DNA from: an uncultured delta proteobacterium
Lineage (GTDB): Bacteria; Desulfobacterota; Binatia; UBA9968
Reading direction: 5' to 3'
DNA length: 64,000 nt
NCBI GenBank assembly: GCA_963737905.1
Contig: CAVTUQ010000026.1
Span: 192,001 to 256,000 of the forward strand
A program made the translations under genes and the position numbers. Position 1 is the stretch's first letter, and each line of letters begins with the position of its first letter. The notes below the pieces were generated by a model that was not told the origin of the DNA, did not search any database, and was given only the letters and a program-made list of their open reading frames with translations. Shown piece after piece: positions 37,407 to 47,557 of this stretch.

Positions 37407-37670
37407 CTAGAGATTACCAGGTTGTGTTGCGCTAAACCAGCTATCGATGCGTTGATACGCGAATCGACGCATATGGTCTTCAGCCTCCAATCCGGTTGTG
37501 AAGCTACGCCGGCTGGAGAACTCGGAATAAGGTCCATCTTCAAAGTCTATGTGGCCTTTCCATGACCATGAGCGTGTCGCGGCGTCTCGATTAATGATCC
37601 CGCCGAACCACTGTTTACGGTAGGATTCCTTTATCGTGTACCTTGTTTTTTCTTCACTGCGAGTTTTCAT
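37407..37670 (-). CDS. Hypothetical protein
   Basis: Aromatic-rich beta-type 87-aa ORF from ATG 37670. Confidence 0.6.
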   Translation of the reverse strand: MKTRSEEKTRYTIKESYRKQWFGGIINRDAATRSWSWKGHIDFEDGPYSEFSSRRSFTTGLEAEDHMRRFAYQRIDSWFSATQPGNL

Positions 37671-37830
37671 AATCGATACTCTAGTCTTTCCGGGGTTCCG
37701 AAGCAAATTCCATTTTTCAAGAACCTTATGGGGAACAGGCGTTGCCGGGAGGGCCGCTTGCTACCGCGCCTCCGTTCCTATACTGTCAGTTTTAGGTCAT
37801 GCCTTTGTCTTAATGGCGCGCAAGAGGTAG

Positions 37831-37900
37831 AAGACCGGGCCACCAATTTACTGGTGGCATGAATTTCGGCTCCGCTAAAGCCGGATGGTTTCCCGGTCTT
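37831..37900. ncRNA. Candidate structured RNA element (three-stem junction); family and strand unknown
   Basis: AAGACCGGG/CCCGGTCTT closing stem enclosing CCACCA/TGGTGG and TTCGGCT/AGCCGGA hairpins. Confidence 0.35.
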
Positions 37901-37961
37901 GACCCCCCTCCCTCTTCCAATATCCACGGGCTCTCAAACGCCTGTAATGAAGGAGGGAGTT

Positions 37962-38501
37962 ATGAATCTTCTATTGATCATCGCTATCCCGCTGGGGTTG
38001 GTCATCCTGGGTATGATACTGAACAGCTTCGATCTTGGTTTCGATCAACCGTCCAGTTCACCGGAACAGGATCCGGTGAAACGACTCACAGCCGAAAAGG
38101 AATCCTATCGACAGTTTTTCGACCGGCAACGAAAACGCGCGGTGACCCGGCAGAAACGGATCGGGCAGTATGGCTGGTTGCTCATGGCCGCTTTCATCGG
38201 CGCCTTTGTCTGGCTATACATGGATACCGTGAGTAAAACCAGCCTTTCGAGTCGTATTGCCGGGCTTCAAACCTTGGGAACAGAAGAAGGCAAACAGATG
38301 GTGCTCTCGGTGACTCTGAGCGATGGGAACAATGTCAAGTACCTCGTCAAATTGCCTCAAGCCGATAAATTGGAGTCCGCCACGAAAGAAAGCGTTACAA
38401 AAGAAAAGGTCTCATCCTGGGAGCTTGAGAAATTAGGCACGGCTTTGAGTATCGGCGATAATTCATTACCGCTTGGCGTCGCGCTGAAGATTTCCCAGTA
38501 A
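37962..38501 (+). CDS. Hypothetical membrane protein (2 TM)
   Basis: GGAGGGAG SD; two hydrophobic helices. Confidence 0.75.
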   Translation: MNLLLIIAIPLGLVILGMILNSFDLGFDQPSSSPEQDPVKRLTAEKESYRQFFDRQRKRAVTRQKRIGQYGWLLMAAFIGAFVWLYMDTVSKTSLSSRIAGLQTLGTEEGKQMVLSVTLSDGNNVKYLVKLPQADKLESATKESVTKEKVSSWELEKLGTALSIGDNSLPLGVALKISQ

Positions 38502-38640
38502 TCGACTGGTTTTTCGGACGGCGGTTGTCGGTCCGCGAGGAGACTACCGAAAAAAACCGTGTCGAGCCGCGAATTTCGAAGTCTTTCCCGGTCTCGATGC
38601 TACTAAAACCTGAGATGTCTCGCGGACATGCGAGCATTTA

Positions 38641-38832
38641 TCAGTGGCGAGAAACAGGAGCCTGTTCCTGCGATCCAAGGCGGATCTCTCCCGTGATCGG
38701 GTCTGCGCCCTCAAGGGGGGGGCCGCCTTTTATCTTGTTCGCCTTACGCTCCTGCCGGCGGGCAGCCTTGTCTCGCTGCTTCTGCTGACGCGCCAATTCT
38801 TTCTGCCGCTTCTGGTATGTCTGGTTTCCCAT
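38641..38832 (-). CDS. Small basic coiled-coil hypothetical protein
   Basis: TYQKRQKELARQQKQRDKAARRQERK. Confidence 0.7.
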   Translation of the reverse strand: MGNQTYQKRQKELARQQKQRDKAARRQERKANKIKGGPPLEGADPITGEIRLGSQEQAPVSRH

Positions 38833-39159
38833 AGGAATTCAGTCTAACACACACCAAGGGTAACAGGAATCCCGTCGAAATATCGAGCCGCCTCGGTATC
38901 GAGATCGACTCTTCGAACTTTCTTTAGTGCGTCTGAATCCTATCTTTTCCGTGTACTGTGCCTGAAGAAAAATTGTCCCCGCGCCGGCAAAAAATGCAGC
39001 CCGGTGCCGCGCTCACGCGGTTTCACGCGACATCAGTGATTGACAGGGTGCTACTTTATCAAATATCTTTCGGGGGTTAGACGTTGCGGCTTTCAGCGCC
39101 GATTTAGCAGGGGATTTCCAAAGCGGGCATCCAGGGGACTTTCGGTAATAATTCAAGGA

Positions 39160-39187
39160 CTGGATTCCCGCCTGCGCGGGTATGACA
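39160..39187. repeat. REP-like palindromic repeat
   Basis: CTGGATTCCCGCCTGCGCGGGTATGAC; related GCGGGCATCCAG at 39123 and CTGGATTCCCGTTGCCACAGGAATGAC at 62081. Confidence 0.7.
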
Positions 39188-39269
39188 AAAAAGCCGGGTG
39201 ATGATTTAGCGCTCCGGGAAGGGGAGAGCATCAATCGCCAAAGCCAAAATCGATTTTGGAGGAGTAGAA

Positions 39270-40052
39270 ATGACTGGCAACAACGAAACCTATGACATGC
39301 TGCTCAGGCTCGTAAAGACCCGCATGAGCGTGCGGAAGTTCCGCTCCGATCCGATTCCGGAAGATACCATCAACAAGATCCTCGAAGTCTCACGCTGGGC
39401 TATGTCCGGCGCGAACTCGCAACCGTGGGAATTCATCGTGGTGACGGATCCCGGTATCAAAAAACAACTGCGCGATGCTTATTCTGAATACAATACCGAC
39501 TTTATTTTTTGGATGGAGCAACAGCGTGAGTACAACCTGCGGCATCCTTCTTATCAGGTGAAGAACGATCCGCACGAATCTTTGAAATTCAACAAAGCGA
39601 AAGCCAATTGGCACCAGGCGCCGGCCGTAATCGTGGTGCTGGGCGACGGCCGCCGTCAATGGGGCACGGTGCAAGGGGCGCATACTTTCGGCCGCGACCA
39701 ATCGCACCTCACCGACGGGTTGGCCAATGCCTCCTTTTTGATCCACCTCGCCATCGCTTCTCTGGGCCTCACTTCCGAGTGGGTGTCTATCCACATTCAG
39801 GAGCCCTACAAGCGCATCCTCGGTATCCCCGACCTGCTGATGGTCTATCTGATCATTCCCATCGGCCATCCGGACGTTCCCGCGCGCGAAGGTGTGCGCC
39901 GGCCCTTGGAGGAGATGGTTCATCGCGAGCGCTACGATATGAGCAAGTACATGAGCAACGAAGATGTCATCCGCTATCTCTACTCTCTCCGCGAGGCGAC
40001 GGTGCCGATCCATTCTTCCTCCCGCGGTGTCACGGCCGAAGAAAGGAAATAG
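39270..40052 (+). CDS. Nitroreductase family protein
   Basis: RMSVRKF, AMSGANSQPWEFIVV, ASLGL; GGAGGAG SD. Confidence 0.93.
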   Translation: MTGNNETYDMLLRLVKTRMSVRKFRSDPIPEDTINKILEVSRWAMSGANSQPWEFIVVTDPGIKKQLRDAYSEYNTDFIFWMEQQREYNLRHPSYQVKNDPHESLKFNKAKANWHQAPAVIVVLGDGRRQWGTVQGAHTFGRDQSHLTDGLANASFLIHLAIASLGLTSEWVSIHIQEPYKRILGIPDLLMVYLIIPIGHPDVPAREGVRRPLEEMVHRERYDMSKYMSNEDVIRYLYSLREATVPIHSSSRGVTAEERK

Positions 40053-41693
40053 ATGGATCGAGCCGTCAATCCGATTACCGTCGAAGTGGTGCGCAATGGC
40101 CTGGCGCATATCGCCAACGAAATGGCCACCGTGCTGCGCAAGACTTCCTACAACATGATGATCTATGAAGTGCGCGACTACTGCGTCGGTATCGTCGATC
40201 CCGAAGGCAGCATTCTTTCCCAGAATTTCGGCGCGCTGCCGATTTTTTTGGCGGACTTGGGGCCGGCGATCGTCGACGGCGTGCGGATGCACGGCAGGAA
40301 CGGTTTTCATCCAGGCGACGTTCTGATCATGAATCATCCCTACGTTTGCGGGCAGCATCTCAATAATGTCGTCGTCTATACACCGTTTTTTCATGAGGGG
40401 GATCTGGTGGCTTTCCTCGCGGTGCGGGCGCATTGGATCGATATCGGCGGCACCCGGGTGGGTTTCGGATACAGCGGGACGCGGGAGGTTTACGAGGAGG
40501 GGCTGCAGTTTCGCTCTCTCAAACTCTACCGCGGCGAACAACCGAATCAGGATCTTTTTCAGTTGATCTCCGATAATGTGCGTTTTGCCGATTCTTGTAT
40601 GGGCGACTTGCGCGCGCAGATCGCGGCCTGCCGTGTTGGCGATCGCGGCCTCGCTCAGCTTGTCAATCGTTACGGTCGCGACATTTTCTCGCAGTGTGTA
40701 AGATCGATCTGGGATCAATCCGAGGCTTTGGCGCGGGAGCAAGTTACGCGCATCAAGTCCGGCACCTACGTCGCCGAGGCGCTTTTCGACAGCGACGGTG
40801 TAGATCTCACCCGGCCGGTGCCGCTGAAGGTGAAAATCGAGGTTGCCGGCAGCGAGATGACCATCGATTTTTCCGAGATCAGCGATCAGGTGCCTGGGTC
40901 GATTAATTCCGGTGAATCCGGCGCCGTGGCTGCGGCGCGTGTTGCCTTCAAATCATTGGTTAGTCCGGTTTCATCTATCGACGAAGGCTGCTTTCGGCCT
41001 TTAAAGGTGGTCATTCCCGCGGGGAAGATTCTCAGCGCGACGCCCCCTGCGCCCGTGGGTAATTGGAGCCGCACCTTGCCGACAGTGATCGACTTGATCT
41101 TGAGAGCCTTGGCCCCCGCTATGCCGCATAGGATCGCCGCCGGCCACAAGGGTGATATGGGGGGGTATGCTTTCTTTGGCACTGACCCGCGCACGAGAAG
41201 ACGATTTCTTTGCCAGACCATCATGGGCGGGGGCTGGGGAGGACGGCCGCATGAGGACGGTGAAAACGCGACGGTGTCGATCTGTCAGGGCGACGTGCAA
41301 AATGCGCCCATCGAGCTTCAAGAGCTTTACTATCCGGTGCTGATCGAGCAGCACCGGTTGCGCGAGGGGAGCGGCGGTGCGGGAAAATTTCGCGGCGGCC
41401 TGGGTATCGAAATCACCGTGCGAACTCTGTGTGATGCCTTCGTGAATATCAACGTCGAGCGCAACCTCACGCCGCCCTGGGGGCTGTTCGGCGGCCATTG
41501 TGGCGACGCGGCTAAAGCGTTGGTCAAGCAGGACGGGAATGACGCCGGTTCATGGCTGACCAAGCGCCCCAACTATCCTCTCAAGAAAAACGGCAGCGTC
41601 ACCTACTTCACGGCGGGCGGCGGCGGCTATGGCCGGGTGGAGGAACGCCCGCCTGAACTGATCGAACGCGACCGCCGGCTTGGTTATGTCTAG
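40053..41693 (+). CDS. Hydantoinase B / oxoprolinase family protein
   Basis: EVRDYC, NHPY..GQHLNN, RAHWIDIGG, SGGAGKFRGG, TAGGGGYG. Confidence 0.95.
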   Translation: MDRAVNPITVEVVRNGLAHIANEMATVLRKTSYNMMIYEVRDYCVGIVDPEGSILSQNFGALPIFLADLGPAIVDGVRMHGRNGFHPGDVLIMNHPYVCGQHLNNVVVYTPFFHEGDLVAFLAVRAHWIDIGGTRVGFGYSGTREVYEEGLQFRSLKLYRGEQPNQDLFQLISDNVRFADSCMGDLRAQIAACRVGDRGLAQLVNRYGRDIFSQCVRSIWDQSEALAREQVTRIKSGTYVAEALFDSDGVDLTRPVPLKVKIEVAGSEMTIDFSEISDQVPGSINSGESGAVAAARVAFKSLVSPVSSIDEGCFRPLKVVIPAGKILSATPPAPVGNWSRTLPTVIDLILRALAPAMPHRIAAGHKGDMGGYAFFGTDPRTRRRFLCQTIMGGGWGGRPHEDGENATVSICQGDVQNAPIELQELYYPVLIEQHRLREGSGGAGKFRGGLGIEITVRTLCDAFVNINVERNLTPPWGLFGGHCGDAAKALVKQDGNDAGSWLTKRPNYPLKKNGSVTYFTAGGGGYGRVEERPPELIERDRRLGYV

Positions 41694-41800
41694 TCCAGTG
41701 TGTAAGGATGCCATTAAAAAACGGTTTCGTGACCCCCGGGGCGGACAGGGAGGAGAGTTTAGAATACGAGCGGAATATAAGCGGTTTCAAAACGACTTTC

Positions 41801-41929
41801 GTTCACCCTTCGACAATGCTCAGGGCGAACGGGAGAGAATTAAAAGTAATCTTGCTGAATCTCAACGTTCAAAACGTTCAAATCGTTCAAGTAGTTCAAG
41901 ACGTTGAACGGCTTGAACGTTTTGAACGG
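41801..41929. repeat. REP-like hairpin plus inverted clusters of GTTCAA 9-mer repeats
   Basis: GTTCACCCTTCGACAATGCTCAGGGCGAAC; CGTTCAAAA CGTTCAAAT CGTTCAAGT AGTTCAAGA then TTGAACG x3; similar clusters at 43084-43112 and 52091-52113. Confidence 0.7.
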
Positions 41930-41969
41930 AGCCGCTCGCACTGCGAGGCGGCGTCCTAAGGAGGAGAAC

Positions 41970-43079
41970 ATGAACATTCAACAAGAATTCGAAAATCGCA
42001 TAGTGAATGTCCGGCAAGCGATGCGCGAAAAGGGACTGCAAACCCTTCTCGTTTTTGACTCTGGACGCCACAATTTCTTGCGCATGAATTATATTGCCTA
42101 TCTCACGGATTTTATAAGCGTTGGACCGGAAACGATGTTGATGCTGCCGCTGGAAGATGAACCGAAGCTTTTTCTCTCTCCGGTTTGGGACATGGAGCGG
42201 GCGAAGGAAGAGTCCTGGGTCAAGAATGTTCAGCCCTGGGATCATCTTCGGAATCGATTAAATAATCACATTGGCAAAGTGGGATTGATTGGTCGAGAGG
42301 CGATGAACATCGATTGTCACGATGAACTAGTAAGAGCACTGAATCAAACGCCTGTTAACGCTAAGGATATACTGGAAAACATGGCGCGGCGGAAAAGCGA
42401 ATTCGAACTGGAACGGCTCCGTAGGGCCGCGACAATCGCCGACGCCGGCGTGCAAGCGCTGCATGAAGATGCCCGCATTGGTCTGAAGGAGTTCGAGCTG
42501 GCGGCGATCGTTGAGTACAAGATGCGCTCGCTAGGGGCCGAGGATAATTTCGGCATGGTGGTAGCAAACAATCATAATCAGGCATTGCATCCGCCAACGG
42601 ATAGAGTTGTCCAATCCGGAGATATCGTCATCGGCGAGATTACCCCATGTATCGGCGGATTATTCGTGCAGATTTGCCGTACGATGGTTCTGGGAAAGCC
42701 TGCTCCGGCGGTCGATGAGAAGTACGCCATACTCAAAAAGGCGATGGGGCTTGGATTGGACGCGGCGAAAACCGGCGCGCCAGCGAGAGACGTCGCGATC
42801 GCCATCAACGAGACTTTCGTGGAAGCGGGCTACGAGAAATATTGCCGGCCACCGTTCATGCGGGTACGCGGCCACGGTCTCGGCTGCGGTTCGTCTGCAC
42901 CGGGCAACCTGGAAGATGAGAATAAGACGAAACTAGAACAGGGCATGACCTTCATCATTCATCCAAATCAGTATATTCCCGAAACCGGATATATGACCTT
43001 GGGCGATACCGTCGAAATGACACAATCAAAAGCCGAGGCTCTGACGCGCTCTTCCTGGGATCTCTACGTGAAAGAATAA
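41970..43079 (+). CDS. M24 (creatinase/Xaa-Pro peptidase fold) family protein
   Basis: Creatinase-N domain, RKSEFEL, QICRT, RGHGLG, IHPNQY; GGAGGAG SD. Confidence 0.9.
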   Translation: MNIQQEFENRIVNVRQAMREKGLQTLLVFDSGRHNFLRMNYIAYLTDFISVGPETMLMLPLEDEPKLFLSPVWDMERAKEESWVKNVQPWDHLRNRLNNHIGKVGLIGREAMNIDCHDELVRALNQTPVNAKDILENMARRKSEFELERLRRAATIADAGVQALHEDARIGLKEFELAAIVEYKMRSLGAEDNFGMVVANNHNQALHPPTDRVVQSGDIVIGEITPCIGGLFVQICRTMVLGKPAPAVDEKYAILKKAMGLGLDAAKTGAPARDVAIAINETFVEAGYEKYCRPPFMRVRGHGLGCGSSAPGNLEDENKTKLEQGMTFIIHPNQYIPETGYMTLGDTVEMTQSKAEALTRSSWDLYVKE

Positions 43080-43122
43080 CATCCGTTCAAGTCGTTCAAA
43101 ACGTTCAAATCGTGAGGATAAA

Positions 43123-44283
43123 ATGATCTTTGGCCGCCACTCCGTACTGAAAAGAGGATGCTCCACCTGGGACAAACAACAAATGCCCCAGGAGGAGTAC
43201 CAGAGTCGTCTGGAAAGGGTTCGACAAGAGATGGCCCAACAGGGATTGGATGCATTGGTGGTCTACGGAGACAACTATGCCTATGCCGATCTCTGTTACC
43301 TTACGAATTACTTTCCCAAGGTCCGCGGCGGCATCGGCATTATCCCGCGTCGCGACCCAATATCGTTACTGTTGAATATTGGGAGTCGCGATGTTCCCTT
43401 CGCCAAGAGTCTCACCTGGGTTGACGATGTGCGCGCCTCGGGCCAACTGGGCCGCGACGGCGCTGAAGTGCTGAAAGAAAAAGGGTTTGCTCAATCGAGA
43501 GTTGGGTTGATGGACTCCGGTAAAGGGTTCCCGCTGCCTCAACTGGAAGAGCTGAAAGAGAGCCTGCCACAGGCCCAGTGGCAGCCCAGCCACTCGATGT
43601 TGCAACAGATGCGGCTGCAGAAAAGCGCGAGGGAACTGGTGGCTCTGCGTGAAGCGGGCCGGGTGCTCAACGAAATTTCTGACGGTGTGAGAGAGCTTAT
43701 CAAACCGGGGAGAAAAGAGTACGAAATCGTCGCCGACATCGACCGACTCGCCCGCGACAGAGGAGTGGAAGACATCCGTATCCTCGCCGGTGAGAAGCGA
43801 TTGCAAGCGCCGAGCTTCAAGATGACGGCGAGCGTGGGGAATCATTGGGCGGTTTACCTGGCGATACAGCATGAGCGTTATTGGGTGGAGGTCGGCCGCA
43901 CGTACATTTTGTCCGGCGACTCGAAACTCCAAAGCCCCTATCAGAAAGCCCAGGAGATTGTGGCGCAGATGGCTGCGCAGCTGAAGCCCGATAACTCGGT
44001 CAAGTCCATCGACGAAACGGCCCGGAAGCTGCTTGGAGAATTCTATGCGACCGCTGTTAACTACGGGCTCGGCAACGGCATTGGTCTCAACCAGTGGGAA
44101 GCGCCCTTCCTGAGTGAAGATGAGGCGCGCCAAGTCGGATCACCGTCGGCAGGTGCGACCCAGCTAAACGAAAACATGACTTTGGCGCTTCGGGTCGCGT
44201 TCGAGACCGGAGGAAAGCTCATTCTTTTCGGCGAGAGCTATCTAGTGACACCGGACGGGCCAAAATCTCTGTTGGAAAAATAG
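43123..44283 (+). CDS. M24-fold protein, probably lacking metal ligands
   Basis: QKSAREL, EVGRT, GNGIGL (His replaced by Asn), EAPFL. Confidence 0.88.
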   Translation: MIFGRHSVLKRGCSTWDKQQMPQEEYQSRLERVRQEMAQQGLDALVVYGDNYAYADLCYLTNYFPKVRGGIGIIPRRDPISLLLNIGSRDVPFAKSLTWVDDVRASGQLGRDGAEVLKEKGFAQSRVGLMDSGKGFPLPQLEELKESLPQAQWQPSHSMLQQMRLQKSARELVALREAGRVLNEISDGVRELIKPGRKEYEIVADIDRLARDRGVEDIRILAGEKRLQAPSFKMTASVGNHWAVYLAIQHERYWVEVGRTYILSGDSKLQSPYQKAQEIVAQMAAQLKPDNSVKSIDETARKLLGEFYATAVNYGLGNGIGLNQWEAPFLSEDEARQVGSPSAGATQLNENMTLALRVAFETGGKLILFGESYLVTPDGPKSLLEK

Positions 44284-44323
44284 CGCCCCTCGTGAAACCC
44301 AATCAATCCGAACTTGAAGATCC

Positions 44324-46367
44324 ATGAGAATCGCTGTTGATATCGGTGGAACGTTCACCGACCTGGTCGCCATCGACGATCAAGGACAAATCTATCGAAG
44401 TAAATCTCTGACCACGCCCGACGATCTTGCGCGCGGAATTCAAGATTGTCTAAACGCGGCAAAGATCCAAGTCTCGAAGGCAAACTTCTTCGTCCATGGC
44501 TCCACCGTTACCATCAATGCCGTGCTCGAGCGTAAAGGCGCGCGCACCGGCCTGATTACGACCAAAGGATTTCGCGATGTCTATGAGATCGGCCGGGGCA
44601 ACCGGCCGGAGGGCTACAATTTATTTTTCAAGCGCCCAGTGCCATTAGTTTCTAGGGACTTACGGATGGAAGTTGAGGAACGGCTTTATGCCACTGGAGA
44701 AGTCCTCAAACCTCTCGATGACATCGTCCGCTTCAGAAACTATCGAAACGCTCAGAGCAGCGCGGGTCGAAAGCGTCGCCGTATGTTTGCTTCACTCCTA
44801 CTCCAACCCGGCGCATGAAAAGCGGTTGGGGCAACTGCTGCGCCGGCAGTTTCCCGAGGCCTATGTGTCTCTGTCTCATGAAATTCTCCGCGAGTTCAGG
44901 GAATACGAGCGGACTTCGACAACGGTTCTTAATTCCTATGTGGGTCCCATCGTCAGTCGATATCTGGTTTCTTTGGAGAAGCTGCTCGGCGACACCGGTT
45001 TTCGGGGGACATTCCGAGTTATGCAGTCCAACGGCGGCGTGATGTCGGCGGAGATGGCGAAGAAAATGCCGGTGACGATGATGGAGTCGGGGCCGGTGGC
45101 GGGTGTTATTGCCGCAGCCCATATCGGTGAGTCGCTCAACTGTCATCACATCATTTCCTTCGATATGGGTGGGACCACAGCCAAGGCGAGTCTCATCAAA
45201 GACTTTCATCCTGAAGTCACAAGTAGCTATTATGTCGGCGGATACGTTTCGGGTCATCCGATGATGCTGCCGGTGGTGGATATCGTCGAAGTCGGTAACG
45301 GCGGGGGTAGCATCGCGTGGATCGATCCCGCGGGCGGGTTGAAGGTTGGGCCCCAGAGTGCGGGGGCGGCCCCCGGCCCGGCCTGCTACGGCCAAGGAGG
45401 CCGCGAGCCTACCGTGACGGACGCCAATCTGATCGTCGGACGGATCGACCCGGAATATTTTCTCGGCAGCGGGATTCGCTTGCAGCGTGACAAGGCGGCG
45501 CAAGCGATCACGGAGAAGATCGTCAATCCGCTCGGCTTGTCTCTGGAGGAAGCGGCGCTGGGGATTCTGACCATTGCCAATTTCAATATGTCCCTGGCGG
45601 TGCGGGCCGTGTCGGTGGAGAAGGGCTATGATCCTCGTGACTGTGTGCTGGTGCCCAGTGGCGGAGGCGGGGCGCTCCACGCAATGGCTATCGCCAGGGA
45701 ACTTTCCGTCCCGCGGGTGATCATCCCGCCCATGCCGGCCTATTTCTCGGCGTTCGGTATGCTGGTCGCAGATCTCAAGCACGATTACGTGCAAACTTTT
45801 GTGCGGGAGTTGACTGAGACGACCGGAGTGGAATTGGCCGATGGCTTTGCCGCGCTCGAAAAATCGGCCGTCGAGACTTTGACTGAAGAAGGGGCAGGGG
45901 AGCCGCAGATTATTTTGCGGCGCTTCTTAGACATGCGTTATCGCGGGCAGGAATACACTTTGCCGGTGCCGTTGACGGAAAATTTGCGGGCCATCGCTGA
46001 CTTTTCTCAGATTCGTGGGAGGTTCGATCAGCTTCATCAAGAGCACTACGGTCACTCGGCTCCCCATGAGCCGGTCATGATGGTCAACCTCCGGCTTTCA
46101 GCGCTCGGGAGATTCGAAAATCGGTTGCCCCTTTCTTCGCCGCATCAGGACGGTGACCAAGGTGAACGCGGCAAACGGCCCGTAATCTTCGACAACAATC
46201 GGCAAGCCGTCGATTGTCCGATCTATCTACGTAGCGGGTTCAAGGCCGGTGATCGGCTCGACGGCCCCGCGGTGTTCGAGGAACTGGGCGCGACGATTTT
46301 GCTTTATCCCGGCGACAGAATGCAAGTCAACGAATTCGGCCATCTCATAATCGACCTGGCTAATTAG
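44324..46367 (+). CDS. Hydantoinase A / oxoprolinase family protein, frameshift near 44720
   Basis: DIGGTFTD, HGSTVTINA, EYERTSTT, ESGPVAG, FDMGGTT, GPQSAGAAPGPACYG. Confidence 0.93.
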
Positions 46368-46462
46368 CGCAGATAGGCGATTCTGTTTTGGTTATTTTGT
46401 TCGACGAATAAAATAGAGATTCTTCGCTGCCGCTCAGAATGACTCAGGGTATCAACTTAATT

Positions 46463-47416
46463 CTATTTTACGCCCAGCTCGTTGTTCACCTCGCGCTGCA
46501 GCGCGAAATCAAAAACGGCAGCGCTTTTTGCTGCGGTCTTTAACTTTAGAAACTGCGCGTCGGCTCTTAGGTTTTCTTCAACTTCTTTGTCGGTGGGAAT
46601 GCTATTCCGTGTAAAGGCAGGGCGGCTGAAGCGGTAGGTTTCAAGCGCGATTTGTTGACTGACGTTGAGGACCTTCGCAAGGATCTCCGCCGAGCCCTTC
46701 TCGTTGGTTTGAAAATATCGGTTGGCTTTTGTCAGGGCGCGAAGCGTGCGCTTGATGAGAACTGGTTTTTCCTGCATTGCTTTCTCCGACACGATCAGGC
46801 CCGATATGAAATTGACGTATTCATCGCTCATGGAAGCGAGCAGATTAAGTTTATAACGATCGCGAGCGACGAAAACGGTGGGCGGAGAGAGAACGGTAAT
46901 GTGCACGGGTCCTGAGACCTGTGCCTGCAGCTGGGCCGGCACGTCGCCGGAAACCATGCTGGTAATCTCCGTTGTCGGGTCGATGCCTCCCTTTCGTAGC
47001 ATGTGAAACCCGGCAAGTTGCTGGCTGCCGCCGATGGTGGTCACCGCCATGGTTTTGCCTTTGAGCTCGCTGAAGGTTTTTAATTCCGGCCGCGTGACCA
47101 ACCAAAAAAGCGGCAATTTTTGATTCACCGCCAGCACCTTCAGCGGAAGCCCTTGGATGATGCCGCGGATGGCTGTGCCCATGATGTGGATGGCCTCGAC
47201 GTCGCCCGCTACGGCGGCGGCGATGGCGGTGGTTCCGCGGGTCAAAATGAGCTGCGGCTCCAAGTTTTCCTCTTTGAAGAAACCGCGATCGTTGGCGATG
47301 AAGGCCATAATGGCTGAGATCGAACGGCTCGCGTACGTGATGCGGACGCGGTCGTCCGCCTGAGCCGAATGTGCAAGGCCGCAGGATAGCAGCAGCACAA
47401 AGAAGATTTTCTTCAT
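46463..47416 (-). CDS. ABC-type substrate-binding protein (NMT1/SsuA-like)
   Basis: Signal peptide; RGFFKEENL, ELKGKTMAV. Confidence 0.9.
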   Translation of the reverse strand: MKKIFFVLLLSCGLAHSAQADDRVRITYASRSISAIMAFIANDRGFFKEENLEPQLILTRGTTAIAAAVAGDVEAIHIMGTAIRGIIQGLPLKVLAVNQKLPLFWLVTRPELKTFSELKGKTMAVTTIGGSQQLAGFHMLRKGGIDPTTEITSMVSGDVPAQLQAQVSGPVHITVLSPPTVFVARDRYKLNLLASMSDEYVNFISGLIVSEKAMQEKPVLIKRTLRALTKANRYFQTNEKGSAEILAKVLNVSQQIALETYRFSRPAFTRNSIPTDKEVEENLRADAQFLKLKTAAKSAAVFDFALQREVNNELGVK

Positions 47417-47557
47417 TTGAAGCTCCTGTCTTATGGCGATCTAGAGGGAACGCCCATCCGTTTAACAAGGGCTACCTTGAATTGCAATGGAGTCGTACGC
47501 TATAAAAGCCAAGCCGCCAAAAACAAAGAAATTTCTGTTTGATAACGGAGGGCAGTC

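Noticed and set aside
37855-37871. TGGCATGAATTTCGGC as a sigma54 promoter
   Set aside because: GG to GC spacing is 11, not 10.
38503-38566. GGTTTTTCGG...CCGAAAAAAACC inverted repeat as an intrinsic terminator
   Set aside because: Loop too long and no clean GC stem followed by a U tract; left uncalled.
39390-40742. 450-aa minus-strand ORF (also 50802-52046, 54025-55068, 30964-32001, 44733-45794)
   Set aside because: Antisense shadows of well-supported genes; no motifs.
41866-41929. GTTCAA repeats as a CRISPR array
   Set aside because: 9-nt period, no unique spacers, no cas genes.
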